DNA of 59,812 nucleotides, the filler included, from Trypethelium eluteriae (taxonomy: Eukaryota): NCBI GenBank assembly GCA_051942245.1. It is 4 parts of 4 records of this genome, joined end to end, with 100 filler letters (N's around TTAATTAATTAA, not from the genome) between each part and the next. Parts side by side here need not be neighbours in the genome. Positions count along the whole stretch, not along the records: positions 1 to 14,916 come from JAVECL010000668.1; 3 more parts are not named here. One strand, 5' to 3'. Of this stretch, positions 1 to 12,071 are shown in pieces. A program made the position numbers and the translations under genes. Under the pieces are notes generated by a model that saw only the letters and a program-made list of their open reading frames with translations, searched no databases and was not told where the DNA came from. Position 1 is the first letter of the stretch; each line of letters begins with the position of its first letter.

Positions 1-3
1 CCC

Positions 4-1878
4 TCAGCGACCCATACGGCCGCCGCGGCGAGGGCATTGATAGTCAAAGTGCTTGTCGAGCTCTCCGCAATGCTTGCATGCTCGACTTGGGCAGTCATCT
101 GGCATATGACCTCGGCCAAGGCAGCGTCGACACTGGACTAGTTCATCGGGATGAATGATACCGTAGTCTCTTCCTTGGTAGTATTGCTCCAATGCGTCGA
201 TATCCGAGAGTTTCGTATCCCTGTGAGGAAGTGCTCTTTTAGACTTCTGAAGCTAGATTGGTATAGTTGATTGAAGGACCGGGGATGAAAAGATGAGCAA
301 TCAACCGAAGTGCCTGAGCGTTTACGCCAGCCCTCGAACGATCAAATGCTGAGGCGGAAAGGCTGAAGCAGATGACGAGAAATTATAGCGCACTGACCTA
401 GGCTGCGATTGAGCAAAAGTGGAATATGAAGGATGGGAGTATGCTGATGGGTAATTGATGGGCATTACGTCCGACCCTGGCTGGTAGGCGACAGAAGCCG
501 GAACAGATGGCATGCTCGATCCATGTGGTGTAGTACCTTGAGGAGGCGGCCTCGGTTTGTTAAAGCTTGTTGTTGGAGGAGAAATCAAAGTTGACGCAGA
601 TGGCCTGGACATCACAGCAGATGACTGGTGTTGATTGATGCCAGAAGGAAGCAAATAGGAAGCAGTCGATGTGAAACCTTTGTCTATTGCTGTTGGGAGA
701 TATGGCTGATGGGAGATTGGCGCAGAGAATGAGAAGTTGGCTGTCGAAGGTAGTCCATATGTTGTAGCTGGCAGCTGCGGTTGTTTGAAGCGCCAAGGCG
801 GCGTGGACAAACCGCCGAACTGTCGAATGCCGTGCGACATTGGGAATGCTGTCGAAGCAGTAAGGAAGGAAGCGGTGGATGAAGACGTCCTGGGCATTGC
901 CTCTCCCGCAGATGATGGCCCAGCATCTTGAGCAGCGGTGGATGAAGGTGCCCTGGGCATTGCCGCTCCAGTAGACGTTAGCCCAGCGTCTTGAGCAGCG
1001 GTGACAAAGCCGTGTTTGCTGTGGAAAGTTTTTCTCCTTTCCAATGTACGTTTACGAGCTTCGACGGTCAGGTTGTAGCGATTAAATGCATACTCGCGAA
1101 GTCCCCCCATGGAATCCAGCAGCGCAACTCGTTCGCGAGTAATATCTCCCCGGTACTCTTTCAGAACTTTTCGGGGAGGGTCTCGTCGGTCCAACGAAGT
1201 ATTCGACGATGTGGGCACAGCCACTTGTAGACCAACCATGAAACCCAGGACAGTGAAGCTTACTGATGACATGCTAGACCTCATGGCATCTGCAGACTCC
1301 TTGTCGTCGTATATTGCAAGAACGTGGGCATATTCCGGCGGACTGTTCAGAAAGACTAGGCCCTCGATTTGATGGTACCCGTACCTTGCAATATGGGCAA
1401 GAATACTAGAACTGACTTGATTGCGGGGATTTCTCTCGAGGCGGAACACCGTGCGTTTCGGGATCTCTACAGATATGATGAAAGCTCTACCTTGAGTAAG
1501 GAAAGCCATGAAATCGCTACTGCTCGCTCTCTTATGAAATGAAAAGACAAGACTAGCAAGCTGCGTCTCCTGTTCCGTGCATTTGTCACGGTTCTGGGCA
1601 TTTGACCCATCCAACCCTGTGGAGCGAGAAGACCTTTGCACTTGTTGGGTGATTGGCTTGCTGTGCGTGGCAGAAGTCATCTCTGGACTCGCAAACGTTA
1701 AGTCTTCGAAATCATCTGGAAGGCTACTTTCGGACGTAGCAGTTGAAGAGGACACATTGTCCGACGGGACATGGTCAAAATCTTCTTCGAGCTTTGGACG
1801 CTTCGACTCGCCCGGGTCTTTGTCTGCGCGAGGACTTTGGGCGGTGCGCTTTCCCTCCGCCTTCAAAGCCGTCTCCAT
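4..1878 (-). CDS. Low-complexity Ser/Pro-rich protein with C-terminal tandem CCHC zinc knuckles (probably one spliced gene)
   Basis: The long ORF 322-1959 has its first ATG near 1878. It ends at a GTAAAC donor-like site near 325. The downstream ORF 4-192 carries CRRCLGRGHMPDDC (CX2CX4HX4C) and CKHCGELDKHFDYQC. Joining the two by an intron is an inference. Confidence 0.5.
871..1003. repeat. 63-bp tandem duplication inside the coding sequence
   Basis: The unit starting agcggtggatgaag...cttgagc occurs at 871 and 934, with a partial third copy at 997. It encodes TAAQDAGxxSxGxAMPRxxSS twice. Confidence 0.85.
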
Positions 1879-2381
1879 CATGGTGTCGAATCGTAGAGCC
1901 AGGAGACGAGGTGTAAAGTCAAAGAAGACTGAGCAGAGAAGGTGAAAATCTAGAAACAATCAAGGTGCACGGATTTGGCAAGAGAATGTGCGTAGGTCAA
2001 CTGTTGTGAAGCGCGAAAGAAGGAAGCAGCGAGAAGTGAAGACACTTCAAGTGCTGAACTCCGATTCCAATTTGTGACGTCATTGTGCTGGCGTACGTTC
2101 ATTCACTTACTTGTTTCTGGGAGCTACAGAGTTCTGTGACCATTGAATCTTTTGGATGGACATCACGTTGGGTTGATATCAAGTGTTGTGTCGACCTTCA
2201 CCGAAATTTGTAGCGCGTCCGCATTGCAACACCAACTCACGTGACGGGGCGAGAATCCCTCATACTTCCAGCTGGAGATATGCCACAAACGACGACGACT
2301 AATATAAGGACAAATGTGACTATTCGACATTCTCATCTTTAAGTATCATATGCGATACGATTGAGCGAAAGCAATAGCTTT

Positions 2382-3779
2382 TCACCTCGCTTTGTACATC
2401 CTAGTAATCACATATCCCATTCCAGCTACCAAAACCACGATACCCCTAAATGCCCAAGCTCCCTCAGATCCCTGCTCCGTTCCTCTCTTCAAGATAGCAC
2501 CTCCCTTCAAGATAGCACCTCCGACTAGATTTTCCATCAAGGGTCCCGTACTTGCAACAGCAAACGTTATGTCCATTCTGGTACCAATCATCGCTAGACT
2601 AAGACACAACTTGACGATAGCTAGACCTAGAAGGGCCTTCCGCATGCCACTGAAGAAGCTGTAGAAGACACAGAAACCGACGAGATTGCGGAGCGAAGTT
2701 TGAGGGATAAGTGCAAGCATAAGGATGCCATAATGGGACAGCAGAAGAGAAGGGCGTTGAAGAGACGGAAGCGATCGCCGAGGTAGTTGAATAGGATGCG
2801 ATCAGAAGAAGATGCCACATTGATGTTAGAGAGCAGGAGGAAGGTGTTATTGACATGGGCGATGTATCTTGCGCTGGCAAAGTATCTGTAAGATTCGCCA
2901 AATGTTAGCCGAGTCCGTCTTCTAGGTATAGGGACTGGATGGTAGAGCTGGTGCAACTGCTTACTGGCTATAGAAGTACGGCATATAGAGACCCATCAGA
3001 ACGATGAGGTTGAATAGCGTATAGAGAGTCCAAGCAATCTCACGGGAGGCAGTCTAGTCAAACATGCCACGGACTTCAGACGGCGTGACGCGCATCTTGA
3101 CGGTCACGACTGAAACCACAAGAGTGGCTGATAATACGAAGCCGATTACGCATTTAGCCCACGCAAAAAATTCGCTGGTCTGTAGTCGGTGGAGCATAAC
3201 CGAATACAAGGCCCCTGCCATTCAGCTTTCACTGGTAGCAATTCCCGCAGCTAGCCCATTTCGCGTCCTGAACCACTGGGAAATGCTTGCGATTGAAGTA
3301 TCCAGAGAAAGCCAGATCCAATGCCAATACGAAATCCTTGCAACATGAGCGCTACTCAAGCAGGGCTGACCCAGACTAATCATCATCTGGCCAAAGACGA
3401 CAGCAAAAGCACGAAGGACGAGGAGAAAGTGTAGATACCCTGGAGCATAGATTCGCCATATCAGAGCACCAAAGAAGAGTTTCAAACATAGTTGAACGGG
3501 TTCGATCTAGGTAAATTGAGATGAGGATGCATGGAAGAGCTGGCCAGTCTCGTATTAGTTCTAAAACACACCGAAGGAAAAGGCGCTATCCCAAATGTTA
3601 AAGTCCAGAGAGAAGGACTCGAGAACCACCAGCCACGCTGTATGTCCGTCGTAAGGTCCTTTTGCATTCGGATTTGGCGGCTTCTCCTGGATGTGGATGT
3701 TAGATCGCAGAATCTGTGCAGAAGTCGCGGAGAACGCTTGATCGGCCCGGATATCAAGGTCGAGAAATCCTCTGTCCAC
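2382..3779 (-). pseudogene. Decayed MFS monocarboxylate-transporter (MCT/MCH-like) pseudogene
   Basis: Fragments in colinear order match fungal MCT motifs: 'DGHTAWLVVLESFSLDFNIWDSAFSFGVF*N*YE', 'SISQWFRTRNGLAAGIATSES', 'NVASSSDRILFNYLGDRFRLFN', 'IGTRMDITFAVASTGPLMENLVGGAIL'. In-frame stops lie at 3561, 3555 and 3507, and there are frame changes. Confidence 0.8.
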
Positions 3780-5548
3780 CGTGTGTCAAGGCTCGGGACC
3801 CTTTCGCGCTGTCCGGATAATCGAGCTACCATACTGTAAAAATGGTGATCGTTCGCCGGCTCAAACGGATGCAATACGGCAATCGTAGCTGCAGCTTGCT
3901 GCGAAAGCATAGATCCCGCTGCTTTTGAGGTATCCGTGAAAGAAAAATGCAATGATCAGAGCTTCCTGTTACGGTAATCGGTGGGTGGACTTGACCTGAG
4001 GTTTCGCCACTAGGTAGCTTAGAAAAGAGACGGCTCCGAGAACGACAACTACCGTAAGATCGAGAAACGCAGCTAGGTTGGTAAGCCTTCATATACTTTG
4101 CAAGCCTGTCTATTAGATCAGACGGAGAGTTGGAGCGATCTTTGCACTACTCTTCCGCAATGATCCCTTCCTCCCTCATAACGAGAACCTTGACCCACGC
4201 TCAAACATCCCGAACCATAGGCATGATGGCAATCGGATGCTATCGTGTTGATGAGGGTCTCTCGGCTCGTTCAATCAAGGTATTGTCCAAGCGTCGTAAC
4301 AATTCCGTCTTGGTACGAAATGTTCCCAATTCCGGCTGCGTTGTACGACTTTGTAGCACAATACGGCAGTCTGTCGCTGAAGGCAGTGGTCGGACGTAGT
4401 ATGGCTTGTCCTCGATCGGAAATTTGCCCCATTTCGGAAATAATTAGTTCCACACTGTTCCGGAGGCAATCCAGTGAATGCTACATCGCCATTTCGAAAA
4501 GCTGTTATGGATGCCGAACTGAGCAGACAATAAGGAGTAGTGTGCCTGCGATTTCGCAAATCCAGAGTCGAATGTGTACGGAGCACTTGAACAACTCTTG
4601 TAGTCCTGCGCCACGGAAGTTTCTCTTCTTTAGGACTAGCGCATCTCAACCTTTCTTATGCTGCCCGAATGTTGGAGGCTAACAAATTAGTTGGCTCGTT
4701 AAAAGGTACTTAAATGATGCATGACGGCTCGGAGATTTCAAAATTCAATCGATACGAGTTGCATTCTATCCTTCGGCCTTCGAAAGGTGAGGATGGATAT
4801 CTGCATCCCTACCCGCAACCATTTCTCTTTTGGATGAAACCCATGCTGTATGCGTCTGTGGAATGTGGGCCCGAATAGCCTATCAGAATTAGCGAATGCT
4901 CAACTGCATGTAAAAGGCTGATGATGCATACTGCCACCGGAGCCCATTTCAATCTATTCCCTCTTTTTCTGCCTTCCTTTCCTCTTCTCACTTATGCTCG
5001 GATTTCGTCGAATCCATTGCGCAGCATCTCAAAGTGCAGTGATTTGAGCTTCACGCGGTAACCACTGTTTCGTGGGACAACGACTCCTCTTTTGTTACTT
5101 CGAGACCAACGATAACAAAGAAAACTATGCATCCACTCATTACACGACATTGTCCTCTTACGCTCCTCGAACAAATACGTCTCCTGAATTACGTTCCTTT
5201 AGCTTTGATGTGAAGGTTCCTCCACCTTTTTGGTAGCTCGTCGGCGTCTTGCGCAAGGCGAATAAATGGAGCTCGGCCATCACGCCAATTTGCCGTCGCA
5301 ATTTTTTGTGGGAGAGGGGCGCCGTTTATGCTCGAGATCTTGTCGGGGATTACCCGGCTTAAATGAAAGAGAAATGACGTTGTGAGACAGCTCATTCGTG
5401 AATTCTTGCCTTTTGTTCCGCTAAGCTCTTGTTGTAGCTTTTTGAAAAATGTCGAAGGGATTCTCAAAACGCCTGGAGGTTGACTTGTTGCTCGACTACA
5501 ATGTTGGTAAACCTTGGGCACCATCTAGACCCCTGTCAAGCATTCTGA

Positions 5549-7393
5549 TCAAGCATTTCGGTAAAAGCAAGACATGGATAGATTGCCGACCATAGCGTAC
5601 CCGAGCATCTTCTGGACCGTGTCTCTCATGAAGAGTGAGCTTGTTTCGTCTTTTTCGATGTCCATAACGACTCTAAGTCGGCCTCTCATCCAGGAGGTCT
5701 GATTTTCCGGCAGGCCCTGCACGCATAATGTTACGAAGAGTGGATTGAGCAGATAGTAAGCTCTGGTGGCATTCGAGACCTGCTTCGGCAGTTTCGATGA
5801 GTCTTCAAAGTCGTTGTACAAGTGAAATGGCACGCTTGCGCAGACCTCGTTGGTCAGATCTTGGATGATGGCTTTTGAACAAGCCTTCTGTTTCGAGGTT
5901 TCCTCGAGAAGTGTTTCTGACATGTCTTGGCCCAGGTACAGTGTCTCCAGCATGCTCTGCGCATTTAAAATCACCTGATGAACATTGGTGCGGAATACAC
6001 GATAAATATTGACTGTATAGGCGGTGTAGAGATCGCAATAGCTATGCACAGGACCAGGCCAATATTGTGCAAGCTCGGGAGGATCGAACAACTCTTCGCA
6101 ACTTCCAACGATCTGAGGCAGCCATTCTTCCGGTAACTTTGCGAACCAGGTGCAAAGGAGGGATTCTATCCGCTGCGCTCGATTGAGGAGATCAAAAATT
6201 TGATGCGTGGTCCAGGTCTCGTCCTCGAGAACATCTGCATCTGCTCGCAACGCTGGTAGATCCAAAACCGTCGTACCCAAGAGAGTAAGCGGATCGTCGG
6301 AATCCTCTTGAGCAAAGACCCAGCCTTGATCGTTGTTGAAATTTGGGATCCGCTTTTTGCGATGGATATAGTTGAAGACCTACCTGGGTCAGATATGGAA
6401 CATTGGGTCACTCCCAAAAAGACAGGTACGTACCATCTGAGTGCGTGCAGCCTTGAAGAGTGCCAACGAAGCGGGCTTTTCGAATTGTTCTGGCCCGCGC
6501 AGAAGTAACAGACTGACGGCGCCTTCCAGATGCTTGCGGTAACGAAGAGTCGATGCTAAAAGAGTAGGATAACACTTTGGCTATATTAAGCTAATAGACA
6601 AACTGATGCTTTGGAGGAAAGCTCACCTCACATAGTGAGAGAAGCAGTGTCGACATAAGTGTCTCGTCAGAGACAACCGAAGGCCCACCTCCAGCAATTA
6701 CTTTGTTTAGCGCTTTCACGGCATCACCGTAGGCTATGTATGCATCCTTTTGGAGCTTAGGCTCCTGATGATGTTCCGCTAAGGATAATGCACTAACGGC
6801 AGATGTCGCTCGATGGAGCGCTGAATCAACTGAAGCATCGGCGTGCAGAGGTGCAAGGAGACAGAGGAAAGGACCTACACCATGAACAGGGATATCGGAC
6901 TTGACTTCTTGAAGTGTGTGAAAGAACAAGCCAAGCGCATGCTGCTCGCGGTTTGAAGTGGGAACGGCCACTAACGGCGGGACAGCAGAGGTACTGCTCT
7001 GCGAACGATTAACAGGCACGACTGTCAGATCCGTGCAGACCTCGTCGGAAGAAGGGTTCTTATCAGCGGCAGAAGCTTTTCTCGATGACGTTGCTGGAAC
7101 AGATTTGTCCTCTTTCTTTGGTGCTCCGCTGGCTTTCACAGTCTTCTTTGAACGTTGTTCATACTTTCGTTTTGGTCGATTCGGGTCGAATCCGCGGATA
7201 ACTTGATCAACTGCATCGGGGACTCCAGGACATCTTTTGTTAATGGCAATACACTTCTGACATTCTGGCTTCGTCCTGTCACACTCGGGTGGGTTTAGAT
7301 CGGTGGGTCCAAACTGCGATTAGCCTTTCTCACCTTCAGCTTCCGCTTTTTGCAGCTCTCGCACCCCAATGAAGGTGTTCCATCAAATGGCAT
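5549..7393 (-). CDS. Zn(II)2Cys6 fungal transcription factor (spliced)
   Basis: ATG at 7393 gives MPFDGTPSLGCESCKKRKLK, then an intron, then CDRTKPECQKCIAINKRC (complete six-Cys binuclear cluster). Downstream exons (6591-7139, 5549-6280) resemble a fungal TF middle region. The 3' end is uncertain. Confidence 0.85.
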
Positions 7394-8141
7394 GTCGATC
7401 TGTTTGAAGAAAAACACACAAAAAGACGATAACGGGGTGAGTTGCTTGAGTATAAGAGGGTTTCAAGCAAGCGTGGCTTGAGAGCATAGCTGAACAGCCA
7501 GCCAATGGGAAGAGTGGCCAACGAAGTAGGGAAGAGGATGGTCTTTGCAATGTCCAATCTATTCAATTCGACGCCGAGCGAAAGCGTCACCCGCTGAAAC
7601 GGTTTGCTGGCGAAGAGTTAATATTCTCACGAGGCCGGTAAGACGACGAGACTAACAAGACTAGCAAGAATTTAGCGGCGGAAAGGACTCAGCCTCATGC
7701 CGCTAGCGGCAGCGATTTGGGTGCATGTTGCGGAACCACAAAAAAAAAATTGCCAATTCGAGAATCATCTTGTTAGTAGTGACTTTATATAGGCAGGCTA
7801 CTGCAAATTGAAAGCAGGATTACTTTTCAATTCTGCTGTGGCCCGGCGTGTCAAGTCGGAGATCCCAAACTAAACACAGGTATTTCACGAGTCACTTGAG
7901 GAGGACTTGTACTCCGTACTCAGTCATCACGCTATTGCACTGAATGCGTTTAGGATGCCCGGCAGACATTTTCTTGACGACGTGTTCGGTCTTCCTTTGA
8001 TGCTTGTCGGAGGGGTTTCCAAGAGGCTAGAATCTCCACTGAAAGGGACTGTGCCGCCACGCTAGTATCATATATAGTCTCTATTAACCGTATATATACG
8101 GTAGATTCTAAAGAAATTTCTCATCGGCAGCTATGTTGTCG

Positions 8142-9205
8142 TCAATAGAGGCGGGCAAAGCCCTCATTTGTCGGCTGTAACCAATTCCGATCGTCATACT
8201 CGCACCCAGCGTCCTTGCCTTCGATAAGATGAAATGTGTAGATGAACCGACTTCGTCCACTTGTATTCCTCTCGCTTTTGTGCAGTATATTTCCATGTAT
8301 TAATACCAGACTTCCCGCCTTTACCGGACCCATTGTGTACTCCTCCTTCTTGACTTCAGGGTCTTCTACAAGTCCACCGGGATATTGTGCACCCTCGTTG
8401 TTAACGAATTCCGTACCACCAGACGTTGTATCGTTTTTTCCTGCTACCAACGTAGAATCCCCATCTTCCGTACCCGACCCTGATCGAACGAACCTGCTCC
8501 TTATTGGCGCTCTTCTATGACTTCCTTCTGCAAAGCTCAAGCACCCATTGCCAGCATCTGCATCTTCGAGGGCGTACCAGAAACCTACGGCGCTAGGAGG
8601 ATTCGTGTAGAGGAAGCATGAATCTTGATGTGGGGGTACGCGTCCACCGATTTCAGGTTGTTTGCAGATAAGCATCGACTGAAGCATCTGTGGTTGTAGA
8701 AATCCAAGGGATTTTGCAATCGCTCTGTTCTCGTTTGACAGGGATATTCGTGAGAAGGGTGGAGAGAGTGTGTGTAACGCGTGGCCAATCTTGTTGATTG
8801 CCCGTGATTTTGGCCGTGTGAGTTTGCCCTCTGTATCGAACGCATCTATCAATCGTCCTAGTCAGTTCCTTGTCTCAGACCTTTGGCAATGAATTTTGGT
8901 AGCAAACCCTCTTCGAAGAAAAATCGTATTTTGTCGCCACTTTGCAAGAAGTACTCATCGCCAACGTGTTTCTCGTCTGCACCGTCGCCCGTGGAGAACC
9001 TGGTCATAGGATGATCTTCGAGAGGAAAGTTGTCGAGCATCTGATGCGCGTCGGATAGAAGCTCAGCAACCGTGTCTCCTGACAGCGCATCGGGTATTAT
9101 TAGGTAGCCATTCTTATTCCAGAATTCCAATTGCTCCGCGGTGAGACCCTCATCCAAAGAAACTCCACTGGTCGGAGGGCCAGAGGTGATGGCAGATGGA
9201 GCCAT
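8142..9205 (-). CDS. Phytanoyl-CoA dioxygenase (PhyH) family 2OG-Fe(II) oxygenase
   Basis: NKIGHALH, 'PPHQDS' (HxD), 'GFWYALEDA..GNGCL' and a distal 'HGNILHKS..N.S..SR'. Two ORFs are joined by one intron near 8853-8908. Confidence 0.92.
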
Positions 9206-10399
9206 TCTCGGTAGAGTAGCTGGTGATTGGATGATTCAACTAATCTTTACTGCGCATCTATGATTCGTGATTGATTACCACTCTTGACCGATAATGCAGA
9301 ATTCTCAATATCCTCACAATTCAGAATCTATAGAAGTCGACTGGAGGATGTCATAGATGTCATAGAATCCCTGAAGGTAGATTGACGCCAGACGAAGTTA
9401 ACCCCACCTTGGCCAGATAAGCTGTTAAACAATGTGAGGGTTTTGCCTTCTAGTTCAGCAAGAGTATTCCAATGTTTTCTATCAGATCGGCTTCAATATT
9501 GACTTGAAGCTAATCATGTAGAAGATCTTGGTGCATCCAACACTGGATATAAGCAGCTCCAATTGCCAAAGAGGGTCCGCTGTGGAGGCTATGCAATGCT
9601 CACATCACTTAGATTCGTTGCACGGCAGCGGATCCCGCGAGTATCGACTAGGTAAGCAGGATGGGAATCAGAATAACGATGTGTACAAGGCCCGGCCCCG
9701 GATTGTCGGAGCCAGTGAGCATGGTCGTCATTATTGGCGACTGATGATGAAGCAAATCCACATAATCCATGAGCCCTGTCGGGTGTTGCCATGGGTGAGC
9801 AAAACGCCACACCTTGAGCTCACCCGATCTCTCTGGGACCGGTAAATATCAGTCACTGACGTTGTCAAGTTTCATGCAGTCACATCCGATGCGTAAAGCA
9901 CAATGCATATTGCGGTAGACTAACTCCATACTCAGAACTTTCCGATACGCATTCCCTCATGTACTTCCCTGAGTAAGGGTGCATCCGTTGCGCGTAATGC
10001 GACAGATGCAATAATGAGGCGGCATCAGCTCGCGAAGTCCAAAATGGTCTAGTCTAAGGAGCTTTAGGCATAGAACAGATTACTGGTGAGAGCTTGGAAT
10101 GCTTTTGTGGCGGATGACGTCTGGAAGCCGAAACAAGCCGAGTGGGCAAAGCTGCTGCGATGACGCCAGGGCAACAACACAGGATCCTCTAATACCAATA
10201 GTCCGTACCGGTAAACTCCTGCTGCCTACCTTTCTACTACAATCATCCTATCTCTTAACCTCAGCCGTACCATAAACAAGTTTCTTGTTTATCCTATCAA
10301 TCTGCCGCTGGTTCTCAAGACATCTCTAGGAACAGCCCTTCATTGCTACTATCAATACTCGCCCTAGATTGCACGACATTCCTCAAGAATACTACCGTC

Positions 10400-11019
10400 A
10401 TGGCGCTTGTTAATACTGCCTTGAGAGTGCTCCAGGTATGACTAGAGGATCATCGCAACGTGTTTGCGACGTATATTAATATTGCGACAGTTCTTCTGGA
10501 CACTGCTTATTATGGCGCTCATTGGAAATATCATCGCAACATCTTTTGCCGGCAATCCCTCGCTTATCAACTACGATATGTTCGTCGCCGTCTTCTCGAT
10601 GCTTTCACTGTTCTATCTCATCCCTGCGAGCTTTCGGGACAGCTTTGTCATCCACCCTGTGCTCATGGTCGCGCTGGACGTTCTCAATACAATCTTTTTC
10701 TTCTGTGGTGCCGTTGCAATGGCAGCCGAGTTGAGAGTCCACAGCTGTGGCGACCCGGTAAGCATCAGCCCAAATTCACTGTTTTCTGAAGTTGAAACTT
10801 ATACGGTATCAGAACTATACCCTAAATAACAAAATTACGAATGGCTCCTTCGACAGGACGAAAAGATGTCGAGAAGCTCAAGCTTCTACTGCCTTCTTGT
10901 GGTTTGGCTTCGCCTCATTCCTCGTCTCCGCGGTCCTTTCTGCTTTGCAAGGCAGGAGTGGTGGCGTAAACGTTCGTGGTGTACGTCGTCCGGGTCAACC
11001 CCATATGAGCCAGGTCTAA
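10400..11019 (+). CDS. NCE102: MARVEL-domain eisosome protein, non-classical export protein 2
   Basis: Three exons give MALVNTALRVLQ / FFWTLLIMALIGN..GNPSLINYDMFVAVFS..LRVHSC / NYTLNNKITNGS..KRCREAQASTAFLWF. GT..AG introns lie at about 10436-10490 and 10758-10812. Confidence 0.88.
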
Positions 11020-12071
11020 GAAGAACAACAGCTCCCAGGTAGAAAGTAATCAGCGTAGCCTCTGAGCGAACTGATTACAGCTGTGTCCGTAGCTGATAAC
11101 TGGGAGGGGTATTGACGATGCAACGATTCGTGTACATTATTGGCCATGGCAACAATTTTTCAGGCGGTCTGGGTCGGCGCTCCAATTGGGATTGACGTTA
11201 TAATAGCCGTTGTGAAGTAGGATATAATTAATAAAAAATCCATCTATCCCGTAATTAGACCACTATTAATTCTAGCAATTGCCAGTATGTCGATCCTCTC
11301 AACACGCCATGAAGAGATTCCTTGCCGCCTTACGAGCCCACCACCTCACGGTGTCGCATAGTTGAGCGCGCGATCGGCGGCAAGGACTTTTCTGTTCATC
11401 GACAGCAGCTGGTAAACTTAGTGGAAAAGCTTGTTCGCTCTATTAAAATCGCGAATCATATATCATCACTCGGATCAACAAGCTTTCAGGCTTAGCTGAT
11501 GCGTCCCGTCTGCATCAATGGCGGTACTGTAACGGCCGGGTGGCGACCTTGGGACTATCGTTCCCGTGCCGCTAGAGCTGCAGGACCAACGTCATGCTGA
11601 GAGTTTCATCTCGCGTCCGCCAATTTGCGGCATTCGCCAATTCAAGCGTTGCTTGAGAGGAAACTCCCTACTCCGGCCAGGGCCCCCCTGATGCAGTCAG
11701 AAGATCATAACAGAAATGCCGATTGTCCAACCCCGGGCACAACCCCGGGCAAGAACTTTCTGGGTTGAAACACTGAGCACTCAGTACAGCAGCGGCGGAA
11801 ATATCCACTCAACTACCTTTCCTCCGATACTCACAGCTTTCAAGATGTATTTCGTAAAAGGTAGCAATGGAAACCAACTCAGATTTCCCACATAACTCCG
11901 CTTCTACTGCTTATGCCTTCGTCGCTGGATACTGCCTCCCTCAATTCAAGCTCTACGGAGAAGATTGCTTCTTCCTACAGATGCCCTTCTCGCTCCCGGC
12001 TTTCGGAGGACCATCTTGAGTCGTAGATGTGAAAATCGTGCCGAGAGCTCTTCTGGGTCCAAGAGTCTGCG

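Noticed and set aside
3800..5524. Cluster of overlapping 60-145 aa ORFs on both strands
   Set aside because: No motifs or coherent exon structure; consistent with chance ORFs.
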